A stretch of 64,000 nucleotides of DNA from an uncultured delta proteobacterium (GTDB taxonomy: Bacteria > Myxococcota_A > Polyangia > Fen-1088). Positions within the stretch are counted from its first letter, which is position 1. Each line of letters starts with the position of its first letter. A model generated the notes under the pieces. The model was not told the origin of the DNA, made no database searches, and worked only from the letters and a program-made list of their open reading frames with translations. Both the position numbers and the translations under genes were made by a program. Location of the stretch: the NCBI GenBank assembly GCA_963755125.1, contig CAVWIP010000008.1, positions 320,001 to 384,000 on the forward strand. Reading direction: 5' to 3'. Of this stretch, positions 9,322 through 19,742 are shown piece by piece.

Positions 9322-10746
9322 ATGACGGATCTTCTTGTGACGCTGCCTCGAAGAGAACTCCGCGTTCTCGACACCGTGGCAAAGTGCCAGTTTTCAAAGG
9401 CTGAGCCGATTGGGCTCACGGAACTGCTGCTGGAGCACCCTCCGGGAAGCGAGAACTTCGTAGGTGAGGTGGTTCAAGTCCTGCTTGGTCGCCTACTCCT
9501 GGCTTCTGGCGAGGGGCCGGGCACGGGGACCCTATCACTTACTCCGCTGGGCCTCCTGAGCTGCTCATACACGAGTGAGGCATCTTCCCTTGCCGAGGGG
9601 ATACTGCGATACATCCAGCAACGGCTTGGGCATGAAAAGTCCAAGTTCAAGGGGTACACGTGGGATGAGATGAAAAGCAGTGGCGTCGTTGCCGGAGATG
9701 AGAGATTTGGTTATGCCGTCGCCGTCGTATCTCTGTTCAATTTGGCTGGAGAACACTCCCATTCACTCGGACCACCCCCGACTGCGTCGTGGGGTCTCCC
9801 GCCGGATGTCATTGCTCTGCGAGGCATCATTGATATCGTTGGGCTCTATCAAAGAGTCGAAGGCAAAGTTCAGCGTAACAACGCCGCCGCCGATCACCAA
9901 GGAGAGCGCCAAATGTTTGACGAGTTGATGCCAGATACGATGACGATCCACAAGTCTGATGGGCAAACGCTGGAGGCGGTCAGGGGCCAAGTCTCGCCAG
10001 GACTGATAATGGTCATGGATGGCTCACTCGTTATCGAGGTTGGCGACATTGCCGAGCGCCTCGCCTCAAACGGGCTGCGTGAATTCTACGCGGTGACAGC
10101 GACTGGCTTTCACGAGAAGGTCTCAGGAATCCCCGCCCACTACCAAATGAAGGTTCGGCCCATCTCTGCGCGTGAGTTCCAGCGAAGCCGGGATGCAAAG
10201 GCCGAATCCTCCACTGGAGATGGGTTGCCCAATCCGACTGGCAATACACCGATCCGGATCTTCATCAGCCATTCGTCCGCCGATGTTCAAGTTGCCAGCG
10301 CTCTCATTGACCTGCTGCGCTCCGCCCTGAACCTTCCCTCCTCTGACATTCGCTGTACCAGCGTCGATGGCTTTGGTTTGGAGGGCGGCGCAAATACCGA
10401 AGAAAGCCTTCGGCGAGAGGTGCGAGATTCGGAGTTGTTCATAGGGGTCATTTCAGAACATAGTCTCACGTCGGTGTACGCGCTCTTTGAATTAGGCGCG
10501 CGGTGGGGCACGGAACGCCCGCTCATTCCGCTTCTTGCGCCTGGAACCCCACCCGACGTTCTCTCTGGGCCACTCTCGAACATCCACGCCCTCAATTTGG
10601 GGGTGGAGGCACAAATCCATCAACTCGTCAGTCAGGTCGCAAAAAAGCTGAATGTGCCAAGTGCCCCCCCTGCGGTCTACTCTGGCCATCTCAGGCGACT
10701 CGCAACTGCTACACCGTCTACCCCCAGCATTTTCGATAATCTCTGA
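9322..10746 (+). CDS. Multidomain protein with C-terminal TIR domain (candidate defence protein)
   Basis: IFISHSSAD...FIGVISEHSLTSVYALFELGARW with the conserved TIR Glu; lower GC than flanks. Confidence 0.85.
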   Translation: MTDLLVTLPRRELRVLDTVAKCQFSKAEPIGLTELLLEHPPGSENFVGEVVQVLLGRLLLASGEGPGTGTLSLTPLGLLSCSYTSEASSLAEGILRYIQQRLGHEKSKFKGYTWDEMKSSGVVAGDERFGYAVAVVSLFNLAGEHSHSLGPPPTASWGLPPDVIALRGIIDIVGLYQRVEGKVQRNNAAADHQGERQMFDELMPDTMTIHKSDGQTLEAVRGQVSPGLIMVMDGSLVIEVGDIAERLASNGLREFYAVTATGFHEKVSGIPAHYQMKVRPISAREFQRSRDAKAESSTGDGLPNPTGNTPIRIFISHSSADVQVASALIDLLRSALNLPSSDIRCTSVDGFGLEGGANTEESLRREVRDSELFIGVISEHSLTSVYALFELGARWGTERPLIPLLAPGTPPDVLSGPLSNIHALNLGVEAQIHQLVSQVAKKLNVPSAPPAVYSGHLRRLATATPSTPSIFDNL

Positions 10747-10760
10747 TCTGGCTCACACCA

Positions 10761-10967
10761 CAGCCACCAGGCCACGCAGCCGCATCCCTCACCGCCCGCC
10801 CTCCCCGCCTCCCAGCCGCAGCCATCGGGCCTCGACCAGAGCCGCGGTCGCGCTCTGAGCGACGTGGGTGTAGCGCTTGGTGGTGGCGCTGTCGGAATGG
10901 CCGAGCAGCGTGGCGATGACCTTCTGGCCGGCGCCCATCACGGCGTAGCTGCTGCCGGCAGGTTGGC
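10761..10967 (-). pseudogene. Tyrosine recombinase C-terminal remnant (includes repeat copy 2)
   Basis: Minus strand reads SYAVMGAGQKVIATLLGHSDSATTKRYTHV...* (stop 10789-10791). Confidence 0.8.
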
Positions 10968-11080
10968 GGGGCTACTGGTATGGCTCCGCGCTCGCGAGGG
11001 CTGCGATGCCATCCCATCCGCCGATGGGCTTCGCGCGCACCATCCAGTTGCCCAACAACGTCCCCCGTGACCAAACACTG

Positions 11081-12313
11081 TCACGGAATGGTCCCGGCCG
11101 CAGGTTCGTACAACTCCGCGCTCGCTAGGATCACGTTACCAACACTGCTTCCGCCAGCGATGAGCACCTCCCCGGTCGTCAACAACGTCGCGGTGTGGCT
11201 CCGTCTTGCCGCTGTCATGCCACCAGTCGCCGCAAATGTCCCGGCCGCTGGATCGTACAGCTCTGCGCTGGCAAGAATGGCCTGCGAGTAATCGCCTCCG
11301 CCGACTATCAGCACTGTCCCGCTCGGCAACAAAGTCGCCGTGTGCCTCCACCTCGTCGCTGTCATGCTGCTCGTCGCTGCAAATATCCCAGCTCCCGGAT
11401 CGTACAGCTCCGCGCTGGCGAGGGTCGTTTCGTCAACGCTGTTTCCGCCGGCGATGAGCACCATCCCACTTTCCAACAAAGTCGCCGTGTGGCCCTCCCT
11501 TGGCACGGTCATGCTCCCGGTGGCCGTGAATGTCCCGGCTGCCGGGTCGTATAACTCCGCGAGCCCAAGAACCACGAGGAGATCATCCAATCCACCAGCG
11601 ATGAAAACCTTCCCGCTTGGCAGAAGCGTCGCCGTGTGCTGGTTCGTGGGCGAAACCATGCTCGCGGTAGTGGTGAATGTCCCAGCCACCGGGTCGTAAA
11701 GCTCGGCGCTCTCCAGGTTGCCTGCCCTGTTGCCTCCGCCAGTGATGAGCACCATCCCGTTGCCCAACAACGTCGCCGTATGACCCTCCCTTGCCACGGT
11801 CATCCTCCCGCTGATCGTGAATGTCCCGGAGCCTGGGTCGTATAGCTCCGCGCTGCCCAATTCCCATTGGTCTCCGCCAGCGATGAGCACCATCCCATTG
11901 GCCAGCAACGTCGCCGTGTGCTGGTACCTTGCCACGGTCATGCTGCCTGTGGCCGTGAATGTACCGGCGCTTGGGTCGTAAAGCTCGGCTGTCGCCAGGA
12001 AGTTGGGGCCATCGCTGCCTCCGGCGACGAGAACCTTTCCGCTCGGCAACAACGTCGCCGTGTGCTGGTACCTTGCCTCGGTCATGCTGCTGGTGGCCCT
12101 GAAGAATCCCGGCCCTGTCGTTGTACCAGCCGCACCAGTCGCGACCAGAATGCCGGTCGTGCCTCCGGTGCTGCTGGTCATGCCCGCTGAGATGGTCACG
12201 CCTCCAGGGGTGCCGGTCGTGCCGCCGCTGCCACACCCGGCTGCACCCGCGGTGACAGCCAACATTGGCAGCATGGCCAACTTGACGAAGATGGAACCCG
12301 CACGATTCGACAT
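11081..12313 (-). CDS. Kelch-repeat lipoprotein; last repeat frameshifted (remnant to ~10972)
   Basis: Signal ending AAGC; Kelch repeats; downstream TLLGNW...ALASAEPYQ* in another frame. Confidence 0.85.
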   Translation of the reverse strand: MSNRAGSIFVKLAMLPMLAVTAGAAGCGSGGTTGTPGGVTISAGMTSSTGGTTGILVATGAAGTTTGPGFFRATSSMTEARYQHTATLLPSGKVLVAGGSDGPNFLATAELYDPSAGTFTATGSMTVARYQHTATLLANGMVLIAGGDQWELGSAELYDPGSGTFTISGRMTVAREGHTATLLGNGMVLITGGGNRAGNLESAELYDPVAGTFTTTASMVSPTNQHTATLLPSGKVFIAGGLDDLLVVLGLAELYDPAAGTFTATGSMTVPREGHTATLLESGMVLIAGGNSVDETTLASAELYDPGAGIFAATSSMTATRWRHTATLLPSGTVLIVGGGDYSQAILASAELYDPAAGTFAATGGMTAARRSHTATLLTTGEVLIAGGSSVGNVILASAELYEPAAGTIP

Positions 12314-12544
12314 GGGGCCTCCAGTTGCCTCTGAAATCGGAGCGATGGACGCTCTCGCGCCCACCCGCGAGAGTGTACCTGGAAATAGCCGGCGAGAAAG
12401 GGATCTTCTCGGAGTATCGATCGCAATGAGCCGAACGCCTCCACGTTGGTTGTGGCACGCGCCCCGAGTTTCTCGTCCTTCCCGGTGGGCCTGGCTGGGA
12501 CACCGGCGATAGCGCCGCGCCGTTCGCGCCGTCCGGGCCGATTG

Positions 12545-13636
12545 CTATAGACGCTGGGTCCAGGTCGCACCGGAGTCCGCTGACGTGTAGATGTGGTCGG
12601 CCACGGCGGCGAGCTTCGTGCCATCCGATGACGACGCCACGGATGTCCAGGTCTCCTGGGAACCCGCTTGGGTCCAGGTCGCCCCGGAATCAGATGACGT
12701 GTAGATGTAGCCGGGGTTGACCACGGCGACCAGATCCGTACCGTCCGATGACGATGCCACGGACTGCCAGAGCTGCTGGCTACCACTCTGGGTCCAGATC
12801 GCCCCGGAGTTTGCCGACGTGTAGATGTAGCCGGGGTTGACCACGGCGACCAGCTTCGTGCCGTCCGATGACGACGCCACCGAAGTCCAGTACCGCTGGG
12901 GACCCGTCTGGGTCCAGGTCGCACCGGAGTCCCCCGACGTGTAGATGTAGCCGTAGGCGGCCACGGCGACGAGATGCCTGCCGTCCGCTGACGACGCCAC
13001 GGACGTCCAGTACTCCTGGGTGCCAGTCTGGGTCCACGTCGACCCGGAGTCCGACGACGTGTAGATGTACCCGTCGCTGTAGTCGGTGTCGTACCAGGCC
13101 ACAGCGACGAGCTTCGTGCCGTCCGCTGACGATGCCACTGACTGCCAGAGCTGCTGGCTACCACTCTGGGTCCAGGTCACACCGGAATCCCCCGACGTGT
13201 AGATGTACCCGCCAGCGTCGTTGCCAATCCCGATGGACACGGCGACGAGCTTCGTGCCGTCCGCTGACGACGCCACGGACTGCCAGAACTGCTGGGTGCC
13301 AGTCTGTGTCCAGGTCGCCCCAGAGTCACCTGACGTGTAGATGTACCCGCCGTCGTCGTTGCCAATGCCGATGGACACCACGACGAGCTTCGTGCCGTCC
13401 GATGACGACGCCACGGACTGCCAATACTGCATAGCGCCGCTACTACCAGTGGCGTCGGCTGTCCCCGAATCCCCGGTCGCGCCGTCGGACATGCTGGTGC
13501 TCCCTCCGGTGGTGGTGGTCGTGCCCCCGGTGCCGGGCGCTCCACTCCCGCCACTGCTACACCCGCCTGCCACGGTGACGACGAACACGCACAGCACGGC
13601 CAACTTCATGAGGACACAACACTCGCGATTCGCCAT
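12545..13636 (-). CDS. BNR/Asp-box repeat beta-propeller lipoprotein
   Basis: Signal ending VAGGC; about seven WQSVASSSDGTKLVAV...YIYTS.DSGATWTQ repeats. Confidence 0.85.
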   Translation of the reverse strand: MANRECCVLMKLAVLCVFVVTVAGGCSSGGSGAPGTGGTTTTTGGSTSMSDGATGDSGTADATGSSGAMQYWQSVASSSDGTKLVVVSIGIGNDDGGYIYTSGDSGATWTQTGTQQFWQSVASSADGTKLVAVSIGIGNDAGGYIYTSGDSGVTWTQSGSQQLWQSVASSADGTKLVAVAWYDTDYSDGYIYTSSDSGSTWTQTGTQEYWTSVASSADGRHLVAVAAYGYIYTSGDSGATWTQTGPQRYWTSVASSSDGTKLVAVVNPGYIYTSANSGAIWTQSGSQQLWQSVASSSDGTDLVAVVNPGYIYTSSDSGATWTQAGSQETWTSVASSSDGTKLAAVADHIYTSADSGATWTQRL

Positions 13637-13878
13637 GAAATCTCCAGTTGCACGTGACACGGGCATTGATGACGCTGTACTGGCCACGCGGGGCAGTCTA
13701 CCTGGAAACGACCATCGAGAAACCCTGGCTCTCGGCTCGTTCAGGCTGAAGGCGAGCGGAGCCGAGCGCATGCGGGTCGGTTCTCCACCCCACCCTGCCC
13801 TGCCGCCCATCGACGCCCATGCCCGAGTTGCCGCCTCAACCCACCAGCAACACGAGCACCCCAAACAGGGCCGTGAGG

Positions 13879-14505
13879 TCACGGGCAATTCCGGTCACGG
13901 CCTCCAACCTCGTCCTGTTCCGCCTCCGCGTCGCCTCCCACTTCGCCCCTTCTCGCCCGCCTCTTCCAGCGCCCCTTTCGCACCGTCAACATCGGCAGCC
14001 GCCTCGGGATCTGCTCCAGGAGCCTCGCCGCCTCCTCCACCGCCCACTTCCGCGCCATCTGCACCATACAAGCCGCGTTGGCGTCGCCGGCTTGCCCGCC
14101 AGCAAGTCGCTCGACCCGAGCACGGACAATTTCCCGAACACTTCCACCCGCGCCAGCGCCGCGGGCCTCACCGCCTGAAACCAGATCGCCGTCCCCTGGC
14201 GGGAGCAGCTCACCTTCCCCATCACTCCGCTTGCAACTCGCCCCAGGGAACAGCTGCCAGGCTCGGCACCGCCATCTCCAGGCGCATGGAGCCCAGGCCA
14301 TCGCCCGCAAGGAAAGGCCGAGGTCGCCGGCGATCACGTGCTTGTCGCCCGCCCGGCCGAGCACGCGGAGCCCGTCGAGGAGAGCGCACTTGCGTCCCTC
14401 GGCGGACTCGACGGGCTCGGCCAGGACGGCGAGCAACCGGCGCTCGATGTCGGCGGAGGACAGCACGGCAGCAATTACCGCATGGTGTACTCGCTCCAGT
14501 TGCAA
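13879..14505 (-). pseudogene. Hypothetical gene, probably decayed
   Basis: N-terminal ADIERRLLA...ALLDGLRVLGR module is paralogous to 14707-14880; the rest looks frameshifted. Confidence 0.35.
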
Positions 14506-14706
14506 TGCGCTAATCAGATGGCTCTATTCTTCCCATACTCCGGAAGGAAGGGGGTGCGGGAGGCCAGGCTCCGGATCGTCTGAGCCTCTTGAGCGCTTGC
14601 TGGTTGAGCGCTTGCTGTGCTGTGAGTTTATCGATCTTGGTCGGGGACGCCGACGGCGCCGTCGACTTGCGAGTCGCCGGTGCGCGAACTCTCTTCTTCG
14701 CTGTGC

Positions 14707-14880
14707 TCATTTCCGTTCCTTTTGTTGGGGTTGTTTCACTTCCGAGATGGCAAACCACTCGCCGCCCCGGCCGAACACACGGATCACGTCGAGGAGTGCG
14801 CCTTTTCGCATCTCGGCGGTCTCCGTGGGCTCGGACGAGGCGGCGAGCACGCGGCGCTCAATGTCGGCGACGGTTGGCAT
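14707..14880 (-). CDS. 57-aa hypothetical protein
   Basis: MPTVADIERRVLAASSEPTETAEMRKGALLDVIRVFGR...; stop overlaps next ATG (ATGA). Confidence 0.45.
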   Translation of the reverse strand: MPTVADIERRVLAASSEPTETAEMRKGALLDVIRVFGRGGEWFAISEVKQPQQKERK

Positions 14881-14888
14881 GTGGTGCT

Positions 14889-15605
14889 TCAGTCAACCTG
14901 CGGCATAGAACGTCCGGGGCCTTGGGCAGCGCTCTTGCTCCGTCCGCACCTTGTCCATACGTTGAGCCCTGCGCGCATCCTCCTGCATTCCTTTGCGAGA
15001 TCGGGGTACGCCTCGGCAATGGCGGCGTAGACCTTCTTCCGAATTGCCTCGACGGCGTCCTCCACTCCCACCCTGCCGAACTGCGCGTGAAGCGCGGCTT
15101 CATAACCCGTCAGATTCTGGCGAACGTAATCGACCGTGATGTGTGCCAAGAACGCCGGATCGCTGTCGACGGAGGCGCTCGTAGGGCCGGGGGCGGGCTC
15201 ACTGCGACGCGCGTTGTAGAACTCGCAGGCGCGACGAACGAGGGTTTCCCTATCCAATCGGGGCACCTGGATGTCGAGTTTTCCGACGAAATCCATGGTC
15301 TCCTCGTATTTGGTGCGCACGCCTTTCTGCGCGGCTTCGGAGCGCATGGCCCTTTTCGCGTGGAACGCCTTGAATTCGGGGGTGGCCTCCGCCGCGACAA
15401 CGGACGTCTCCAGGTACCAGTGGACGACGTAATCGCCTACATAGTCGCGGTGACACTGCTCGGTTCTATAGGGAGCACCGAGGAACTTCTTGATCCCGGT
15501 CTTGGTCCACCCTCTCTTGCCAATCAGGGATTTGATGTTGAGTTGCGGCGGATCTAAGGGTTTCGCTTTGGGGCTGGGGGTTCTGGGCATCTGGTTCTTG
15601 GGCAT
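14889..15605 (-). CDS. Hypothetical protein of mobile-element type
   Basis: RBS-preceded 238-aa ORF with RGWT..I..FLG.P motif. Confidence 0.65.
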   Translation of the reverse strand: MPKNQMPRTPSPKAKPLDPPQLNIKSLIGKRGWTKTGIKKFLGAPYRTEQCHRDYVGDYVVHWYLETSVVAAEATPEFKAFHAKRAMRSEAAQKGVRTKYEETMDFVGKLDIQVPRLDRETLVRRACEFYNARRSEPAPGPTSASVDSDPAFLAHITVDYVRQNLTGYEAALHAQFGRVGVEDAVEAIRKKVYAAIAEAYPDLAKECRRMRAGLNVWTRCGRSKSAAQGPGRSMPQVD

Positions 15606-15700
15606 CGGTATTCTCCATAGTATTTCCAGGTTTCAGGGGTTGGTTGATTCCGGTGTTGTCATGCGGGCCTTCAGGGCGGCGAGTAGGCAACGCTCTTGTG

Positions 15701-15979
15701 CTAACGGCGCACAACGTGGATTGTCGCGGCCAAGTTCTTCTCGCGCACGCAGTCCAGCACCGTCTGCGCTTGTGCCAGGCGAAACTTCTCGGCAGGTGAT
15801 CTCTTCGGATACCTCCGGGCGACCGCCACCAACGCCGCCTCGCTGGGCACGATCTTTCCCGAGCGAGACAAAATGCCCGAAAGAACTCGCACCCAGCGCT
15901 GTTGCGCCTTTTTCTCGCCGCGACGCTGCGGTCGGTCTGTGGTCACACTGGTCTTCTGGGTCTGGCGTTTCCTTGTCAT
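15701..15979 (-). CDS. Small basic hypothetical protein
   Basis: AAGGAGG RBS before MTRKRQTQK. Confidence 0.45.
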   Translation of the reverse strand: MTRKRQTQKTSVTTDRPQRRGEKKAQQRWVRVLSGILSRSGKIVPSEAALVAVARRYPKRSPAEKFRLAQAQTVLDCVREKNLAATIHVVRR

Positions 15980-16013
15980 TGTTGCTGCCTCCTTGTTTTC
16001 AATTGAGGGGTCA

Positions 16014-17303
16014 CTACGGAATCTCAAGGCTGCTGCCTGCCTGTCTGCGGCCACGTCGCATCCGAGCGGAGACCGCCCGACCGGCCTTGCGCCGTCGGTT
16101 GGTTGCGCTGCGACTCTTGGGGGGACTATTACTTCTTGAATTGAGCTGGGATGCAGGGGCTCGAAGCTTCTCGACCGCGCCTGCACGGCCGGAACGTGGC
16201 CAAGATTTCAATGCGCCGGCAGCCGCAACGGCCTGGAGGACATCGTCCGCCGCCGCCTTGTCAGGATGCATGTACTTGGCTGTGGTGGCGGGCTGCTTGT
16301 GGCCGGCCAAGTACATTAGCCCGGCCAGATTGTTGGTCACTTGCCCCAGGTGCGTGAGGCGAGAGTGACGAAAATCGTAGTCCGAGATGCGCTCCGCACG
16401 GTGGATGTCGATGCCGGCAGCGTGAGATGCCGCCCGCAGAAGCGTGCGGTAGTCATGAGCGCCGAAAATGATACCCGTCGTCGGGCAGACTGAATCCAGG
16501 GCCTTGCGTGCATCCGGCGTCACTTCCAGATCACGGCCGAAGCGGCACTTGTCGATCTCATTGGTGATCGTGAGGACGGCGGAACCCGGGCGGTAGTGCT
16601 CGGGCACGCTCAACTTGTTCAAGGTTTCGGGGCGGAGGCCGTATTCCCACGCCAACGTGAAGCGCGCACGAACAGGAAACCGCTTCCCCGATCGCCTGCT
16701 CGTACCATGCTCGGGCAGCTTGGCGATGATGCTCTCCATCTCCTTGGCGGTGAACACAATGAACGTGCGCTTGCGGGACGCCGATTGGACATGGCCCACC
16801 ACACGCCGCCCCGGGGTCTCGATTTCCGGCAACTCGCTCAAGAAGCCTCGCCGGTGGCCCCACTGTGCGAATTGGCGCAGGACCGAAAGCTCTTTCTTGA
16901 GCGTTTCCCTGGTTACCAGGCGCAACCTTGATGTGATGTAATCCTCGGCGCCGACAGTCGTGAGCCGGTCCATGGTGCCAAAGAAAGGCGCGAAGTGCGT
17001 GCCCACATACGTGTCCTGGAAGAGCAGGAATGTCTGCGGGTCGACGCTGGGCTCGATGTCAGCGAGCCAGAGTGCCGCAACCTCGTCGAATGGCTTGCCC
17101 GTCGGAGCAATCATTTTTTTGCTAGCGGACCATCTGCCGGAGACGACCTCGGCGTAGATGCGAGCTGCCTTGCTCGCAGCCGGGCCAGGATCTCGTTCGC
17201 TCGTGCTGAAGGAGCGACGCCGAGCCCCGTGCATGAACCTGACCTGGTAGACGCCCGAGCGGGGGTCTCTGTAGATATGCCAACCCGTTGATTTGCGAGC
17301 CAT
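16014..17303 (-). CDS. Tyrosine integrase (Int2), paralogue of Int1
   Basis: GLRP, YDFRHSR, LAGHKQPATTAKY; long near-identical blocks with Int1. Confidence 0.92.
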   Translation of the reverse strand: MARKSTGWHIYRDPRSGVYQVRFMHGARRRSFSTSERDPGPAASKAARIYAEVVSGRWSASKKMIAPTGKPFDEVAALWLADIEPSVDPQTFLLFQDTYVGTHFAPFFGTMDRLTTVGAEDYITSRLRLVTRETLKKELSVLRQFAQWGHRRGFLSELPEIETPGRRVVGHVQSASRKRTFIVFTAKEMESIIAKLPEHGTSRRSGKRFPVRARFTLAWEYGLRPETLNKLSVPEHYRPGSAVLTITNEIDKCRFGRDLEVTPDARKALDSVCPTTGIIFGAHDYRTLLRAASHAAGIDIHRAERISDYDFRHSRLTHLGQVTNNLAGLMYLAGHKQPATTAKYMHPDKAAADDVLQAVAAAGALKSWPRSGRAGAVEKLRAPASQLNSRSNSPPKSRSATNRRRKAGRAVSARMRRGRRQAGSSLEIP

Positions 17304-17482
17304 ACGTCAAGATCCTCCTTGTTGAACTGGATACGAGCGCCGATAGGGACGTGAGGCAGGTGCGGCTGGACCCTTCTCTCGAACGTGCGCAGGGACACGC
17401 GGCAATACCGGGCCGCCTCGTGCTTCGTGAACACGGGCGACTGGGCGCCGCCCTGCGTGTGCGACGGGTCCAGCGTGGTCAT
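17111..17482 (-). CDS. Excisionase-like HTH protein overlapping int2
   Basis: FTKHEAARYCRVSLRTFERR...RIQFNKEDLDVWL (MerR/HTH_17-type). Confidence 0.8.
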   Translation of the reverse strand: MTTLDPSHTQGGAQSPVFTKHEAARYCRVSLRTFERRVQPHLPHVPIGARIQFNKEDLDVWLANQRVGISTETPARASTRSGSCTGLGVAPSARANEILARLRARQLASTPRSSPADGPLAKK

Positions 17483-18260
17483 GCCTAGGAAGCGCGACAT
17501 GACACGCCTCCATGATTGCTGGCGCGAAGCGCCTCCACTCCATGAAGGCGAGAACAGAGGATACGCACAGGCCCGTGGCGGCCGGGCCTTGCAGGACCCC
17601 GAGCGCCATCCATGGGACGTGGAGAACCCGCTCCGGGTCCACACGGACGACCCATCTCACATAGGGCCGAACCCAGGCGACGACGGGAAGCATTCCCACG
17701 GTCGTCGGTGGCATCTGCCCCGCAGACCAATGGCCCTGCTACACCAGGATGGGGACTCGACCCGGGATGGGACAGGATTGGCGGTGCGGAATCGCCGCCA
17801 GGGCCATCGCCGCCATGGCCACCGCCGCGGCCACCGCCACGGCCGCCTCCACCATGTCGGCGAACAGCACGACGGCGTGCGCACGGGCGGCAACGAAGAC
17901 GTTGGTTGCGGTGGTACTGTTGACTGCAAACGGGCATGGAAAGCGCCAGCACGAACGCGGACTCATGCCCCCACTCGTGGCACAGCGTGGACCCCAAAGG
18001 GTAGAGACAGGGCTTCACATGACGACCCACCGGGATGCCTCTTTCAACTGCGCGAAGGAGGTCGTGAACAAACTTCCTGCTACAGGCATTTCGCCCCGGT
18101 GCTCCAGATCTCGTGACACTCATGTTCATGGGCATCTTGGTCTCCATATCGGTGCGCACATTCCGGAAAGCATTCACTGACACCTCAGCCGTGGTCCGAC
18201 AGCCCGCGTCGGCGGCGACTGAAGGTTCCACACGGACACATTGATCACGACCGTTCGCGC

Positions 18261-19742
18261 TCATGGACATCCCTGGCTTGGGTCCGTGATGTCCACGGCG
18301 CCAACGCCCTTGGCGGCACTCGCCAACACCCAGGCGACCAACTCCTTCGCCTCGGCGAATTTCTTTGCCGCCAGCTCGACCGGCTTCTCGCCGATGCCGT
18401 CTACCCAGCTCTTGGCCTTGTCCGTGTAAACCGGCTCGAACGAGAGGGAGTCCATCGGCTGGTGCCAAGTGTACCGCTGCCCCGCCACCAAAAATGTGAA
18501 GCACCGTAGGTGACTGGCCGTACCCGGGGTAGGTCCAACAACCGCGCAGCTACCCCAGTGCTCCAAAGCCCACCCTTCGTTCCTCAGTTCCTCGGGACTC
18601 AGCACGATCTTGGGAAGAGTCTTGCCGTTTTGCATCTTCCCCGTGACCTCGAAGGACCGCGACTCTGTCATTCCATCATCGCTCAGTGTCTCCCGCTCGA
18701 TCTCAGCGGTGAAATTGGACAATTGGAGCGGCTCATCCTCCCCCTCCATGAAGATCGCTCCCTCCTGAACGAAATACTGACGGCCAAGTCCGTTCTGCGT
18801 CGAGATCGCCCCCGCCGCCTTCTTGAGCTTGGTTCGAGCCTGCGCGAGCGCATCGTCGAAGTCCTTAAAACTTATCTTGCCGATACTCTTCATGGCCTGG
18901 CGCACTTGACTTCGGCACCCCGGGCCGCGCTTTGTGACCGCAAGCAAGAAGGGCAGATCGTCCAGCAGAGCGGCTACAGTCGCTGGCGCGGTAGATTGTG
19001 CCCGGCCGATGGGCTCAGCGGGGTACGCGCTCTCAATGACTGCCCTCAAGGCTTCCCCGCCCCGCCCGGCCAGAAAGTCATCGGGTCCCCAAGACGCGCC
19101 GTCTGGGCCGGGGGGGAGTACAGCGATTCTCACCTTGGCACCGTCTGCTTCCAGCGCAATCGCAAGGGCTGCCTCGTCTCGGGCGACGCTTGGATTGGTA
19201 GTGCGGTTTGAATCGAAGAGGATTACGACTGGCTTGTCTCTGATGGCGACGCGCCTCCAAGATTCGTTCAGGTGTCGGGGCTCGTCATCCTTGGTCAACG
19301 TCGTAGATGTCCCGCCCAGCCCGACGGCTCTGAACCCAGCGGCGGTGAGCGCCAGCGCCTTGACTGGACTCTCTACCACAATTGTCGGCTGATCGTCTCC
19401 AGGCAGCGCTGGGGGAACATAAACCGGCACCTCGCGGTTGGCTTCACAGAGGTATCGCGCACCGTCCGTTGGCGTGTCCAGCCGGATACGCCATTGCCGT
19501 GGGGATAGGTCTGCGTACGGAATAGCCAAACCAGAACTTGCAGTCGGTCCTTTGCGATTAAGCAGGTTTCCCGCTGCTTCGGCGGACACGCTTCGCAGTT
19601 CCGCCTTGATTGCGACGTCCTCTGGAACCGCGCGAGCGCGCAGATACTCGACGTGCTCGCGCCCGAGTTGTCCTGCGCCCGTATCTTTCGTGGCGCCAGT
19701 GTCGCCGCCGGCATTGTTACTGTCGGTGGTCGACGGAGCCAT
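18261..19742 (-). CDS. DUF3854/TOPRIM-type primase-like protein, C-terminus likely truncated or fused
   Basis: VVESPVKALAL...VGLGG...ILFDSN...GPDDFL TOPRIM pattern; no Walker A follows. Confidence 0.75.
   Translation of the reverse strand: MAPSTTDSNNAGGDTGATKDTGAGQLGREHVEYLRARAVPEDVAIKAELRSVSAEAAGNLLNRKGPTASSGLAIPYADLSPRQWRIRLDTPTDGARYLCEANREVPVYVPPALPGDDQPTIVVESPVKALALTAAGFRAVGLGGTSTTLTKDDEPRHLNESWRRVAIRDKPVVILFDSNRTTNPSVARDEAALAIALEADGAKVRIAVLPPGPDGASWGPDDFLAGRGGEALRAVIESAYPAEPIGRAQSTAPATVAALLDDLPFLLAVTKRGPGCRSQVRQAMKSIGKISFKDFDDALAQARTKLKKAAGAISTQNGLGRQYFVQEGAIFMEGEDEPLQLSNFTAEIERETLSDDGMTESRSFEVTGKMQNGKTLPKIVLSPEELRNEGWALEHWGSCAVVGPTPGTASHLRCFTFLVAGQRYTWHQPMDSLSFEPVYTDKAKSWVDGIGEKPVELAAKKFAEAKELVAWVLASAAKGVGAVDITDPSQGCP

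Noticed and set aside
6354..12364. Diversity-generating retroelement acting on the Kelch genes
   Set aside because: No reverse transcriptase ORF seen and no adenine-specific TR/VR pair noticed.
17485..18260. Genes between xis and primase
   Set aside because: Only low-complexity overlapping ORFs; none can be supported.
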